This document shows positions 1 to 13,116 of a stretch of 64,000 bases of DNA, in pieces; positions within the stretch are counted from its first letter, which is position 1, and each line of letters opens with the position of its first letter. The DNA is from Penicillus capitatus. Taxonomy: Eukaryota; Plantae; Chlorophyta. The stretch covers positions 186,001 to 250,000 of the forward strand of contig OZ287702.1 of the NCBI GenBank assembly GCA_965649825.1, in the 5' to 3' direction. Both the position numbers and the translations under genes were made by a program. Under the pieces are notes generated by a model. The model had not been told where the DNA came from. It did no database searches and was given only the letters and a program-made list of their open reading frames with translations.

Positions 1-114
1 CGTCACTGTCACATCAACAAACCGTTAACCATACTTAAATATCATCACTACAGACGACAGGAGACATGTAAAGTGTCCGTTCTATGGAGAAACGGGGAGA
101 TTCAGGTTTGAGAA

Positions 115-2734
115 TTAAAAATCGAACCGGATGATGAATTCTGGATGGATGGCTTTGTCGTAGATGGCTTGCTTTGCCGAGCAGCGGTCCACGAACCATC
201 TCTGATGCATAACGAGTATTTTCAGCTGTGGCATCTGGACGACATCAAAGAGACAGGGCACCGAGATTCTGACGCATTCGCTGATGTTCAACTCCTCCAG
301 TGATGCGCTTCGTCGCACGGCAGAAAGTCCATCAGGCGTCCTAAAAACGAATCCAGCAATGCTCAGTTTCTTCAGCATTCTTGTGGTCGCTATTTCAGAC
401 AGTCCTGCACCAAACAACCACATCTGATCGATCTCCAGATGCGCGAGAGGATCGACCTCTCTGTGTGATCCCGGGGCAGAAGCTAATATCGATATCCTCC
501 AGTACAGGATGCTGACATAGCGCACGCATCGCCGCGTCACGAACCGAAGTGCAGCCCTTGATGTGCAGCAGCTTCAACAGCGGCATGGAGTGGGTCAGTT
601 GCGACAGAAATGCATTGGTCATACCACAGCAACTGTAAGATCACACATCCTTTGATTGGAGTGATGTGACAGGCTGGCTCACGCACCCTCGGATTTCCAG
701 TTCCGTCAGGCGAGAGCACTGCAGGAGAATGGGGAATTCTTTTTCGACGGCTGTGTTTCGAACAGATTGCAATCGTAGGACCTGAAGATCTGTGACGGCG
801 TCCCAGTATCGTGTCCACCAAATGCAATTTGAGTGGACCGATCCGCCCTTCATCGTCAAGCTCGTCATGGGCGACAACTGCATCAACCCTTCCATTACTT
901 TTTTGAAATCGACAGAGGGCGGAGTGTGGATCAACATATGATCCAACCCAATGTCTCTTCGTGCCTGGCCAAAATTGCAGAGTCCTGGACATCAGCAATG
1001 CCAACACAAGTCTTTTCTGCCAGCGACAGACCAGATTTCTCGCTGCCATCGTAAGTAAGAATGAGGGTAGATAACGAAGGAAGTGCTCCGAGGTAACGGA
1101 ATCCATAGTCTGTAGGAGAGCAGTGACAGATGTTGAGCACCTTCAGCGATGCAAAACGCGAGATCTCTTCCGATCTGTCAAATGTTATTGCTGGATTTCC
1201 ACTGACATCCAACTCCGTCAAACACGGAAGAGCCATTGCCTACTCTCGCACATCCATGAAGCCAAGACGTGCGACAAGAGATCTACCAGCGACTCCAAGC
1301 AGACATCATCGATATGCTGGCAAGCTTTGAGTGAGAGATACGTGAGTTTCTTCATCTTGCATGCGCATTCCAACAAAGCTACGCAGCACAACGTACACGT
1401 CGTGTGCATTGAGGACAGAGCTGGTGCTTCAGTGCATGTACTCTGCTTTGTCACAGGGACGGCATTTAGATTGAGTCTCTCGATGTGGATCATATCTTTG
1501 AGAACGTGAAGTTTCCAGTTCTCAATGTCTGTGTGCGCCAACGACAGCTCAGTCAGATGATCCTTCATTCCCGTCACCATCATCGAAAAAGCACACGAGT
1601 GCAAGAGAGTGCTGCCTTGCAAGTTTAAGGATTTTAATTTCTTGATCGGGAAGTGAAACTCCGTAGAGCTATACAACATCCTCTAGGAAAGAGAGAAGGC
1701 ATGAGATCAGAATGGGTAGTGTTTTGGTGAACATACATACCTCAGACATCGTCAGCTCTTCCAGCCGTTCAAACTTTACACCAAGAGGCCGAGAAATGGA
1801 CTTTAGAGGATGGGTAATGTGCACGCTGCGGATCTCGGCATCGATGTATTGCTGCCACGTTCGACAAACGCATCTCAACTGTTTGATCTGCCACCAACAG
1901 ATACATTCACACCATGTCCATTTCAAGCAGGAGTGTGACATTCGAACGGTGGATGCGTTCGACCACAGAGATCAGGAAGTTGCGCGGAAGTTGACTCCAG
2001 TCCCTTCGCATTTCCGTCGTCGTCTGTTTCACATGTCGTGTCCTCTGCCCATCGGCTTGATGAACGGCATTAGACTGCCGTCTTGGATACGCTTTACGGG
2101 GCCAAGTCTGCACCCGATTTGGCTGTGTTTGTGCGAATTCTGGCGGATCACTCTTCTTCACACTTCTTTCCAATGGGCCATTGTCCATTCCGCGAGGGGC
2201 AGTCATCATTCGGCCACGTCCTCTCCCTGGTGCTTGTCTCATCGACCTCCGTTGCTCAGGACATTGCGTCTTTCTTGCCCAACGTCCTCTTCCATCCACA
2301 GCCGTGTGGGGATGGACAAAAACAATTCTCTGCGGAGGTCGAACACATTCCCAGACCTTCTGCGCCTCTTCTCCGTGTTTTCGTTCCAAGTACCAATCGA
2401 ACAGTCTTCTCTCTCGAGGATGGATCGGTACAGTCAACAACGACAGTTTGTCGAGATCTTCTTTCGAACTGGAGGCGCCATTGTGTGCGGCACTGACGTC
2501 TTCTGACACACGAATCTCCGTTCGCGCTGTCTCGTTTGCTTTCGCCACGTCGGCGTCGAACGAGATCGACTCAGCCGCCTGCTTTGGTCCTGTCTTCATC
2601 CGACGTTTCATCTCGCGATGCTCGCACCCACAGGTCTTCCTCTCTCGGGCGTTGTTCCTCATGCCGTCTTCTTCTAGTAAGCGAGGAAGGGACCAACCCC
2701 GTTGCACGCCTCGATCTCCGCGTTTCTTTTCCAT
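115..2734 (-). CDS. F-box / leucine-rich-repeat protein (multi-exon)
   Basis: F-box-like DWSQLPRNFLISVVERI...LRCVCRTWQQ, followed by LRR-type segments (LTELDVSGN, LKVLNICHC, LEELNISEC, LEDIDISFC) over several minus-strand ORFs joined by ~50-nt GT-AG introns (e.g. 50 nt near 633-682). Start approximate. Confidence 0.7.
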
Positions 2735-2892
2735 CAGATGCGATGTGCCGTGACGGACGATAGTAACGAGATCAATGTGACCATCTCGGTTCGGTCATTC
2801 ATTCATCGACGCCTACAAGACTGGTCATGTATTGCCGATGACGATGCATCGTATGGGCGGTTAGAGGATACGGTTGTGTTACACAGGGGGTT

Positions 2893-4605
2893 CTAGCAGT
2901 GTCTCTTGCTCATGGCCTCAAGCGTGAAATGCAGAAATCGTTGATCAAAGTCCTTCGCATGCACGTCGCGCTCCTCTCCTTCCCAGCCATAGATTTCCAA
3001 GTACTTTTCTCGCAGATCTTCCAGCACTGTGTTGGATCCGACGCCCGTTACAGCTGTGCCTGAGAGGACACCATGGAAGTCTCCCTTTGTCGCACTGCTG
3101 TCGAAAAGCGTCTCGGCATCTGTGACATCTGGCGGCGCAAACTCTGTCACGAAAGCTTCGAAATGGTCACGGAAATCGCAAGGCGTCTCAGTGCTCAGCA
3201 GCTCGTCCAGTCTTTCGGCAATGCGTTCCAGACAACTGTCGCGGAGATTCTGGACATCGTAGTCATCCGCGAGCACCAAAAGTTGACAAGTCTGATAGAA
3301 AGTGCTCTCTATTCTCTTGATCTGTTCACCGAGGAGACGTTTCGCTCGGAAAATCAGAAAGCGATCGGACAATTCGAAAAGCTCGGACAGCAATTCTGTG
3401 TCCAGCAGCTGCGTTTCGGAGAGGGAGCTCATGCCGTCTGTGTAGAGATACTCCAAAATACATCGCATGGACTGGACATGGACATCTCTCATGTGCAGTA
3501 AAGCGAGAGACTGTCCGAAGATGGGACACTTCGTTTGGGGCAGCGCTTCGAATCCATGCTCCGAACTGAACGTCAGCTGACGAAAGAAGTCAGAACGCGA
3601 GCACAGAATGCACAGATGTACGCGAAAGTGCGATTGCTCCACTCTGAGGACGGCATCCGCATAGTCGTTTCTCACACAAATCTCACTCAACAAGACCTCA
3701 TCTGTCCCCATCCATTCATCCAATGTGCGCGAACGTTGATAGACGGTTTGCAAATCGTGTTCCAACGATGCCTCATCCGGAAAAGAGTAGGGATAGAGGA
3801 TAAACCTTTTGGGCGCCGTATCCCGTTTTATCGACTTGAAATAATACTTAATGCTGTGCAGTTCCTTCTCTGTCATCTTCACCAGTGCTGGATTGCCATA
3901 ATGTTTTGCCAGTTTTCGCAATTGATCAACATCTGGCGTATCCAGTTCGATCTTTTCGGAGTAGACATAAATCAGCAAGGCCTCGACAACATGACGCAGA
4001 ACACTGCCTTCTGAGAACGAAATGCGATGGATGTCGTCCGAAATCGGCAGAGACGAGAGAATCTCATCGAAACGCGTCAGACGAGCAGCCAAGATTACTT
4101 TGTTCAGGCGGTAAACGACTTCGCCTAGTGTCAATTCCAGATCACACAGATCATCAAAACTCACATGCGCCTCTGCTGGCTGTTCTGGATCATCACACAG
4201 CGTACAGAGTTTCTTAATCGCCGTTCCGAGCGGCTTCAATGGTGGTGCCTTTTTGACATCTGCCTGGAGCAGCAAATCGCGAATCTCAATTGTCAGGGCA
4301 CCATAGAGACAACGGTCCCCATCGAATGTGTTTTCACTGCAGATGGCTCCCTGAGACAGGAGATACTTCACCACGTCGACATGTCCACAGAGACAGGCGT
4401 AGTAGAGCGGAACCGAATCCCAGAAATCGCGTCGGTTGATATCAACGCCGTCGCGTTCGACGAGCTTACGGACACGTGCAATGTCGCCCGTGCGAGATGC
4501 CAAATAAATATCCGCCTTCTCACAGAGTCGCGGCCGCGGAATCGCATCGCGGTCTTCGTCTGTCAGCGCTTCAAAATGTTGCAAGAAGGACAGCGATGAC
4601 AACAT
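2893..4605 (-). CDS. Ankyrin-repeat and BTB/POZ domain protein (ABTB1-like), apparently intronless
   Basis: Ankyrin repeats (ASRTGDIARVRKLV...DFWDSVPLYYACLCGHVDVVKYLL), then two BTB-like domains (LNKVILAARL; FRVHLCILCSRSDFF...ILEYLYTD). First in-frame ATG at 4605; the ORF track starts at TTG 4635. Confidence 0.8.
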   Translation of the reverse strand: MLSSLSFLQHFEALTDEDRDAIPRPRLCEKADIYLASRTGDIARVRKLVERDGVDINRRDFWDSVPLYYACLCGHVDVVKYLLSQGAICSENTFDGDRCLYGALTIEIRDLLLQADVKKAPPLKPLGTAIKKLCTLCDDPEQPAEAHVSFDDLCDLELTLGEVVYRLNKVILAARLTRFDEILSSLPISDDIHRISFSEGSVLRHVVEALLIYVYSEKIELDTPDVDQLRKLAKHYGNPALVKMTEKELHSIKYYFKSIKRDTAPKRFILYPYSFPDEASLEHDLQTVYQRSRTLDEWMGTDEVLLSEICVRNDYADAVLRVEQSHFRVHLCILCSRSDFFRQLTFSSEHGFEALPQTKCPIFGQSLALLHMRDVHVQSMRCILEYLYTDGMSSLSETQLLDTELLSELFELSDRFLIFRAKRLLGEQIKRIESTFYQTCQLLVLADDYDVQNLRDSCLERIAERLDELLSTETPCDFRDHFEAFVTEFAPPDVTDAETLFDSSATKGDFHGVLSGTAVTGVGSNTVLEDLREKYLEIYGWEGEERDVHAKDFDQRFLHFTLEAMSKRHC

Positions 4606-4638
4606 ACTGTTCAGCCGTTCCGAACGTACCAACACATT

Positions 4639-5091
4639 TCATGGCTTCCATGTCGAATACTTCTCCCAATTTCGCTTGTAGGGATTAAACCAACTGCCTT
4701 TCGGTAGGTATTGATCTGGTGTTCCACTGGGATGTGGACGATGGGGCTTCTTGTAAACGGGATCTCGCATTTCTGTGTTATTCGGATGCATGTCGCTTAT
4801 GAAATGCAACCATGTGTGCCACTCGGGAGGGATGGCACTGGACGAGTAGTCTTTCTTGTTGGGATAGACGACCCAGCGATGACGTCCATACATCTCGCCC
4901 GTGACCCTCTCGTAGTACTGGTTGCCAAGGGCGTCCGTTCCCACAAGCTTGGCGTCGTCCAGGTAGCCGTGAAAGATGGCGGTCTCTGCTACCTTGCCGT
5001 CCATTAATGCATATTTCACGGTGTCGAAGAAGATGTCTTTTGCCTTGGTCTTCCCCGTCACGCGCTGGAGATATTTGACAATGGTGCCCAT
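4639..5091 (-). CDS. NDUFA12: NADH:ubiquinone oxidoreductase subunit B17.2 / NDUFA12
   Basis: LVGTDALGNQYYE...GRHRWVVY...IPPEWHTWLH...HRPHPSGTPDQYLPKG is the NDUFA12 family signature. 150 aa from ATG 5091, no intron. Confidence 0.92.
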   Translation of the reverse strand: MGTIVKYLQRVTGKTKAKDIFFDTVKYALMDGKVAETAIFHGYLDDAKLVGTDALGNQYYERVTGEMYGRHRWVVYPNKKDYSSSAIPPEWHTWLHFISDMHPNNTEMRDPVYKKPHRPHPSGTPDQYLPKGSWFNPYKRNWEKYSTWKP

Positions 5092-5312
5092 CGTCGTTGT
5101 CGAATTGCACGAGAATTGCAAACGATGGAACCGAATGTCCGACTGATCGAGTCCATGGAGACGCTTTTTGTCTCCAGCCAAGCACGCGTTGTGATTGCTT
5201 TTGAAGTCTATGCCTCCTGAGTCTCTGCCCGCCTCGACGCAACAATGCGGCCTCTAGGTCTTGAAAGAGAAAGAAGGCGGGGCGCGCTATTGGAATAAGG
5301 TGTGAGACAGAT

Positions 5313-8300
5313 ATGAGGACGGCAGAGGCCGTGAAAGCGATTCTAGGGAGCATCGAAGAAGGCACGCAGTCCACGGGTCCTTTGTGTGACGGTGAAGCGG
5401 TCGAAAGATAGGGGATATAATGGGACACTGTTTGTGTGCAAAGCGACGCCACAGACACGGCCACAATATCAGGTGTGATGTGACAGATGAAAAAAGAGTG
5501 ACCAGGAGGGAACTGTGGTGTGCAGATTCGAAGTCAATGGGAGATGGGAAAGCTGGCATCCATCGATCTGCCCAAAACGACAGGCGGGTCACTCTCTTCG
5601 ATCGAGCTCAATTTCGAGAAGGAAGCACGAAACTACGTCTTCCATTCCGAAGAGCAACGTCTGTGCTTCGCTGCTGTCATATTAGAAATCTGCAGGTTGA
5701 GTAAAGGATTCCAAAAGTGTGATGATGTGATGTCTTCTGTAGACTGCATGAGAATCTGCGTCCGCCCGTGATCGGAACATCGAGCGAAACAGTGGAGCAG
5801 TGGTGGAAAGACCATTCAGCCATCGTTCTGTCATCGCTGGGCGAATTTGCTCAAGGTCTTTTCACGACCGGAACACATTTGGCATCCGAAGAAGAACAAG
5901 CTTGTCCGTCCACTGCCAGCCTCGATGTCCATAACCTAGTCTTCTGCTAGATTTGACATCCGATGTCCTTGTCTCGCAAAAAGAAGAGCGAGATTTGAAT
6001 GCCCTCTTGGAGCTCTTTGTCATGGGCCCTGGTGACGTTCAGGACTTTGAGACACGACTGCAGGATGAGCATCGTGCGCTGGAAGATGCCAATGTTCATG
6101 CCATGTTGGAGAACAGTCGAGCAGTGGATGGGATTATGGGCAAACTGAGATCAGCGTCACATCTGTTGGATGATTTAGATCAGAGTCTTCTGGTCTTTGA
6201 CATGAAGCTTCGTCACATGAAAGACGACATCGCCGCCATCGAAGCACGCAACAATACACTGGAAATGGAAGCGCGTAACAGTGCTAAGCTTTTGAGCACT
6301 CTGCAGAGTTTGTTATCGCATTTGGAACTGAACGACAGTTATGCATCCATTCTGGAGAAGGGAAGATTTGAATCGGACAGGTGATGACGGTTTGAGTTGT
6401 TGCAAGCAGGAAACGAACGCGGCATGATGTGCTGTAGACTGGCGAATCTGATCGAAGCGGCCAGAGCGCTGCACAGCACATTGAGCCGAATGGATCCCGC
6501 CAGCGAAAACAGTATCCCGGCGACACTTATCCGTATGCGGGCAGTGAAGGATCAGAAAGTGAAGCTCGAGCATCTTGGCACAGTAGGGACTTGAATGCAT
6601 GGAGTCAAGATACTGAGATCACTGTCCAGGGATTCATTGCTCGTGCAAACGACTACCTGGGCGTCACATTTCGTCAGAAGACAGATCTCGTTTTGAAGCA
6701 CATGTGCCCCTCGTCTCCCGTCGAAACTCCAAAGCCCGAGAGTTTTGGCTCCGAGATTCGACATTGGAGAGAACAGCATGCTCCATTGCTCCAGACAATG
6801 TATTTTCTCCAACGGGATTCTTTAGATGCACTTGGGCAGAATTACTGCTCCACTATGAACACCATTTTCAGGTGGCAAAACAGCACCACACCTTTCACTT
6901 CATATGCTGCTGTGGTCTAAGGCGTCGCATCCACGTGTACTTAAGCCGATTGAGAGGGACGGCGAAGATGAATCTGACCCACGCGTCACATGACTTAGAT
7001 ATCTCGAAGACATCTCCAGAAAGCCGCTTTTCGACACTGGAACAGATGGTGCACAAAGCAAAGGAGAGCGTTACGGGAAGCCATGCAAGCGACGTCGAGA
7101 GTTCCGTGCAGTACAGTCAAAGAAGCAGAGGCAAAGCAGGATCGATCCTCGACAGTGGAGGCAGTCCCACAGTGGCCAGCTCAAAGTACACCATCTACCG
7201 AGGATGCTCCTGTCGACAATCCTGTTCTATGATGTAGAATGCTGGCAATTGGAGATATGGAATTGGGATCTCAGCTGCACGAAACGTTTCAGTCCATGCT
7301 CTCATCTTTGATCCCTATGCTACTGGACGAGGCAAATGCTGCCGCTTCTTTTCTCATGCTCTGGCAAGGTGCCTCCCATCTCATGCAGACCGTCCACCGT
7401 TCAGTCAAAGTGTCCTGCAGATTCTGAAGATGAAGAGAGTGCAGATACCAAGTATTTGACACAGAATGGCATCAACTTGATACAGCAACTCGTTTCGGTG
7501 CGCCGCCATTTTGGAGAACAGACTGTGATGAGAGTACTGTCAGGGAATGGAGGACGATCTATTCTCGCTTGTGGATCTAACATCCAGAGGCGCACATCTC
7601 ATGTGTTTGCCGATGTTGGCAACCGTTCTCCAGTGGATTGAAAAGATGCACAACGATCCGATCTCGTGGGCTCTTCTTGGTTACCTGAGAAGTATTCAGG
7701 ATCGATTGAAGAAGACGTTCGATGACTTTATGCAGAAGAAGGTGGCAGAGATCGACAAGCAAGACACCCGATTGCCTGTGCTTCTAAGAGAATGGTGATT
7801 GCAGATATGACACAAAGCGTTCTGTCAAGGCCAATGGAGTCAAGAATGTTCATGTGCTGCCCTTTGTCTCCAACTTCGCCGTTCTCGTGCACAGAATTGA
7901 ACTACTCTTGACGGAAGTGGAGGACAGTCCTTCTATGGACCGTGCTATGAGTCTCTCCACTGCTCCTCTGTCGGCCGATTTCTCAGATATGGAACAAGAG
8001 GTCAGCCTCCCTCACCGTTTGCAGTAACATTCACTGCACAACAGGTGACCATAGAGGAGGATGCTACTGTGGGAGTCGGCAACAATGGCCCCGTTAGACA
8101 GGAAGTGGATCTGGCCTATATGCGACTCGTGGAGAGCATGTTTCGCAGCATCGAGAACTTAGCACGTTCGGATGAGAAGCACGGAGATCGTCTACGCCTC
8201 GAAAATTACTCATACTTCGACAAGAGTGTAGGGCCATTAGCACGTCACGTCGTTGCCTTAAACAAATACTGCGACGATGCCATTCCTCGCACAGTAGGCC

Positions 8301-8743
8301 AACGCATGGAGATCAGCATCTGTGCGATTGTATGCCTTTAGAATGAGGCAATGCGTAAGTACGTGCAACAACAACTGGAATACGGCCGTCTGTGGAATAT
8401 CCTTGCATTTTCGAAGCAGATCGAGTCGAAGCTTCAGGAAGTCGGCCCCCAAGAGATCGCTTTTCAGACGGGGTTCTCTTCCCAAGACGTTCGTACGCTC
8501 ATTTCGCAAACCATGGCATCGACAGATAAGAAGCTCTCCATGATGTATGCCCGTGTCAAGAAGCATCTGGGAGAATCTTCGCCAAAATTGCTTTACACCG
8601 TCTGGCAAAGTGTTGAGGCAGAAGTGTTGGATCGATACAGAAGACTGGAGCAACAAATGACCGAGTGTTACCCAAACATTCCACTCACACCCAGTCCAGA
8701 AGAACTGGCCGAATTATTCAAAACGACTGGGCCAGGTACATAA
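5313..8743 (+). CDS. SEC3: Exocyst complex subunit SEC3 / EXOC1 (multi-exon)
   Basis: N-terminal PH-like region, coiled coil (FETRLQDEHRALEDANVHAML...LRHMKDDIAAIEARNNTLEM) and C-terminal LRLENY...EEIAFQTGFSSQDVR...VKKHL. Start ATG 5313 is tentative. Confidence 0.9.
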
Positions 8744-8759
8744 CAGAGCGACGTGCCGG

Positions 8760-9545
8760 TCATTTCGCTTCTGTCTCGTCCTCCTCCATCGAGAATGCAT
8801 GCTCCACTTTGTAACCAGACTTTTCGAGAATCTTGACCTTTGCTTCGTTCCAATGCTTCAGCATTCGTGTCATCTGCAATTCGGAACGTGCCTAAACATA
8901 TCCACATCCAACCAGTACTTTGCAATGGCTCCACAAACGCACCTTCAATCTTTTCGCAAAGATTTCCATCTCGGCATGAAAGAACTCCCTCTTTGTCAAG
9001 TCCACCGAACACGGTGAGATCTGCCTCGTGCATTTCGCATCAGATCGCGAGATAACAGAGAGAGTAATGCTACCTGTACTTCAAAACGATTAGTATCGCT
9101 AAATTCGAGGATGTCACCATCACGCAGCTCAACAGCTAGGTGCACAGATTTCCGTATGGCATCCCTGTGCATATCCATACGTGTGACCTCACGTACCTCC
9201 GTCGATGACTTCAATGAGATTCAGAAATGTTCCATTGGAACTGCCGCGGTCTTGTACCATCCACACATCCAGACTGGTATCCCAATAGATACGCGCATGT
9301 TTCTGTGAGACGTAAGGATCGTCCAGGAACAGTTTCCATCTTCCTCTTTCGCGACCGACCAGAATGGTCGTGTCTCGCCGATCGTAAACGACTCCTTTCA
9401 ACGGTCCTTCGAGGCCAACGAGATTCAGTATATCAGGCTTCTTGCCACTCGGCGTCTTGCGCGACTACACAACGTCATTCGGCGCAATGGAAGCAGAAGG
9501 GGTGTATGTTGCCTTGGATGACCGTCGTTTGGAACTTGTCGGCAT
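8760..9545 (-). CDS. FHA-domain protein with C-terminal coiled coil
   Basis: LNLVGLEGPLKG...ILVGR...DPYVSQKHARI...QDRGSSNGTFLN...ELRDGDILEF is an FHA domain. Reconstructed splicing gives a C-terminus ...KRLKARSELQMTRMLKHW...ETEAK with stop at 8760-8762. Confidence 0.75.
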
Positions 9546-9847
9546 TGTATCGATTCCGAGATGTCGTGAAATGGACAGTCGTCGCGCAGAAGGAAATCGC
9601 TTTTTGTCGATCGCGACGAGACACTTCCTCCCACAGCGTGCTTTTACAGGCAGCATTCAAAGAATCTCACAGAAAACAGCAGCAGCAGTCCTGCTCAGCA
9701 CCCAATCACGCTGAGACCGTCACCGCAACGTCATGTCACATGACTTTTATCCAAAGCAAATTCGGATGTGTTACTGCACTCGCCTTCGTCCACGATCAAG
9801 AGTTCGTTGGGACTTGGCTTATATAGCAGAATACGGGTAAGAGAAAT

Positions 9848-10232
9848 ATGGCGGGTGCCAGTCAAGAAAGAATCCAGAAATTGTTCTACTCACAGATAGC
9901 AAATAGAAAAAGGAATGGTGATGTGTTCGGTATCCTCGAGATAAGCGTGGTATTCAGTCTGTTCAGAAATGCAATTCGATCTCCTTCTGCAAAGGGGTTT
10001 TGGAATGACGTGGTCCCGTCCGGATACTACGATGTCAAATCACAACAAGTGTGTGCGTCAGGTGGCTGCGTACATGGATTCGTTGGCGATCAACTCCGGC
10101 GGTTCCATCCAGTCAACGTTGGAGACGGCGAGGATGGGAGAATTGGAGATGCCTCTAGACCACAAGAAACGTGAGAAGGTGACAAGAAGGACGGTTGATG
10201 TTGAAGAAATGACGCAGCTAGTGGTCAGATAA
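9848..10232 (+). CDS. Small hypothetical protein (probably spliced)
   Basis: MAGASQERIQKLFYSQ... can be joined in frame to MQFDLLLQRGFG... by a 37-nt GT-AG intron. No recognised domain; 3' end uncertain. Confidence 0.35.
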
Positions 10233-10600
10233 CGTACGCATCTATACAACGAGTGGCGCGCTTAGTTAGGGTGTTACCTGCAGACCGGCAGTTTAGTACT
10301 CTTTCGACAAATCCAGGCATTCCTGCCCAGGACATTCAAGGAGTCGTCGTTTTCGGATGAACGTGGAGGAATGAAAACACGTGGGAAGCAGACGATCGCG
10401 TGAACCATGCTGTTCGTCGCAAACAGACCACAGGATAGACAACGAAGAGGCGGTCTTTTGAAAGAGTTTCTAGACAACGGGTTCAGAACAGGCTGCAAAT
10501 GATGAATCATCCATTACGCTCGAAACTCGACCGCGGAATCCTGACGCGGCTAGTTGCAATCAAAGCCATTACTTGCATCTCGTGCGCTGGATGCTGCTCT

Positions 10601-12042
10601 TTATTTGAAGAATTTCTTCAAACTGACATTCTTCTCAGAATCCTTTCTCATCACCTGCGATGGCCTCAGTGTTAGGAATGGAAGCAATGCGCCGATTGCA
10701 GTACTTTAGACACGGCCATTTCGAAATCCTCTTGAGTGACGTGGACTCGGCGTTCTCGCAGCGCAAACATACCGGCTTCGGTGCAGCATGCTTTGAGCTC
10801 AGCTCCGGACGCGCCTAAAGTACAGTCGTTACTTACTCGATGCATACGGCGCGCATACACTGAGTATACCTGACATTGAATTGGCAATTTTCATCAGATC
10901 GATGCCGCGTGTGAGATTCATTCTTCGCGAGTGGATCTTCAGAATGTCGAATCTCGATGTCTCGTTTGGGTTCGGAAATTCGATCTTGCGATCGATCCGA
11001 CCCGGACGCAGCAAAGCGGGATCGAGAATATCGATACGATTCGTCGCCATCAGAACCTACGAGACCGTCGACGACCGATGCATCAGGTATCGGGAGACCT
11101 TGATTTTGTTGGTCGCTTCGAATCCGTCCAACTGATTGAGCAACTCCAACATGGTCCTCTGGACTTCGCTGTCACCACCACCGCTCCCTCCTTCCACTCT
11201 GGTCGAGCCAATGGAATCCACTTCGTCCATAAAGATAATCGATGGTGCATGTTCCCTAAGGGCCCACCCACTCTCATTGTCGTGTCTCGTTGTGTTCGGC
11301 ACCTTACCGTGCCATGACGAAGAGCTCGCGGACCATTCGGGATCCCTCTCCGATGTATTTCTGAACCAGTTCTGATCCTGACACCCGAATAAATGTGCAA
11401 TCTGTGTGATGTGCTACGGCTCGAGCCAACAGCGTCTTTCCGGTGCCTGGGGGGCCAAACAGCAGTACGCCTTTGGGTTGAGCCACACCCAATGCTTCAA
11501 AGAGTTCTGGATGTTTGATTGGCAATTCAATGACCTCTTTGATCTCTTTGATCTGTTGGTCCAGACCACCGATCATATCGTATGTCGAATCTGGCACTTT
11601 CTCCACTTTCATCAAACTGACTAACGGGTCCACTTTCGTCGGCAGCAGGATGTGCAGAGCATAGCTGTCGTTTTTGAGAGCCACACGGGCTCCAGGGGTC
11701 ACATCAGCGATGTTGATATTCTTATCAATGTCCACAACGTGTTTGCCTTCTGGATGCACCTTCACCAGCACTTTGCTCTTTCCCATAGGTTTAATGACCT
11801 CGCCCACATAGGACCCTGGCTCCTGCAGCAATTGCAGCTCCTCTCTTAACAACCTCACTGAACAATGGGCCAGTCCGTCATGAGTGGTACAGAGGACAAA
11901 GGAGTGAATGACCCTGTGTGTTTAGCTCGTTGCGTTGCGCCTCTAGACGACGAAGATTGTGTGTCTTGTCCCGTATCTTGTGCTCAACGCCTTCGATCTT
12001 GGCGTCGTAATAGTAGGAGAGACCGACAGCTTCGCGCGACAT
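10601..12042 (-). CDS. RPT6: 26S proteasome AAA-ATPase subunit RPT6 / PSMC5, 5 introns (55, 52, 42, 55, 50 nt)
   Basis: [73 protein letters not shown]; stop TAA at 10601. Confidence 0.97.
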
Positions 12043-13116
12043 CGTCAGCAGATGTGTATGTTGTTCTGTTTGTGTGTGCGTCACCTCCACGCAACAATCA
12101 ACCTCATTAAAAAACAATCATCGGGGGTGTTTATTTTGCAGCAAAGTGTCCGAAGACGCGATTAGGGATCCCAATAACAAGATAACTTGCTCTGTCGCTT
12201 GATGTAACCCTCATGGCCCACCTCAGACGCTCTGACATGTGTTGAGCTTTGATCTGGCTCAGTGCATGTGCTCCACAAACAATTGGCTGGATGATATTAT
12301 TTTGAAGAAGAATAGCGGTTCATGAAGCCGCATGTACAGGATCCCAATGGAAATGTAAAAGTTTGAGCAGACACGCGACGACCCGACTACTGAGAAATGC
12401 GCTCCCAGTCATGAAACAGCTGCACGAATTTCAGTCAGGTATCGAGAATGAACAAACAGCATGGCATCATGTCTTTAAAGGACATGTTTCCGCCAACGCT
12501 TCCAAAGTAAGGATCTCATGAACAGAGAGGTTCGCAGATCATCAGACTCACGTTCATTCCATTCTTATTCAAGTCATCTGCAAATTGTGTCTATGAACAA
12601 CAATCTGCAGTGTGTCTGTCTACTATGATCTATCCTAGCTTGCAACAACATCTGATCGTGAGCGTGAGGTGCGCTGACAATATCTAGACCAAATGCATAT
12701 ATGCATGCATACTGAATCGCAAACGCCTAGCACAGAAAGAAAGTGATAATTGGGCATTGATCGTCTGGACCTGTGCAGACGACGCAGGCGATTCCAAGAT
12801 GATCTCAAAACGGAACGAGTACTCGAGTAGAAGAGATTCATTCGAATATACTCAAAGAGGGCGGGTGGATTGATAGACATAAAGCGCTACACTGACACAG
12901 ACCCTTGACCGCGCATCTAGACCTCTAAGAGCGAAAAGAAACAAAACAGAGTCCAGGCAGCTACATGAAATGATGTGGGCACAAAAGGGATTCCCACAGG
13001 TCTTCTCTCCCACTACCATATGTCTTGCCGATACCTCTCCCTTCATTATCAGTCAGCAAAAGCGATGGTAGAGTTAGAAAGCTATCCCGTATTTAGACGC
13101 AGGGGAAGGAGGGTGT

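Noticed and set aside
8668-8743. Apparent coding overlap between SEC3 and minus-strand ORF 8668-9033
   Set aside because: Splice reconstruction puts the FHA C-terminus in another frame ending at 8760; the overlapping ORF is likely spurious.
12170-13050. Short ORFs upstream of RPT6 (12635-12880, 12852-13046)
   Set aside because: No recognisable motif or convincing splice linkage; may be UTR or promoter sequence.
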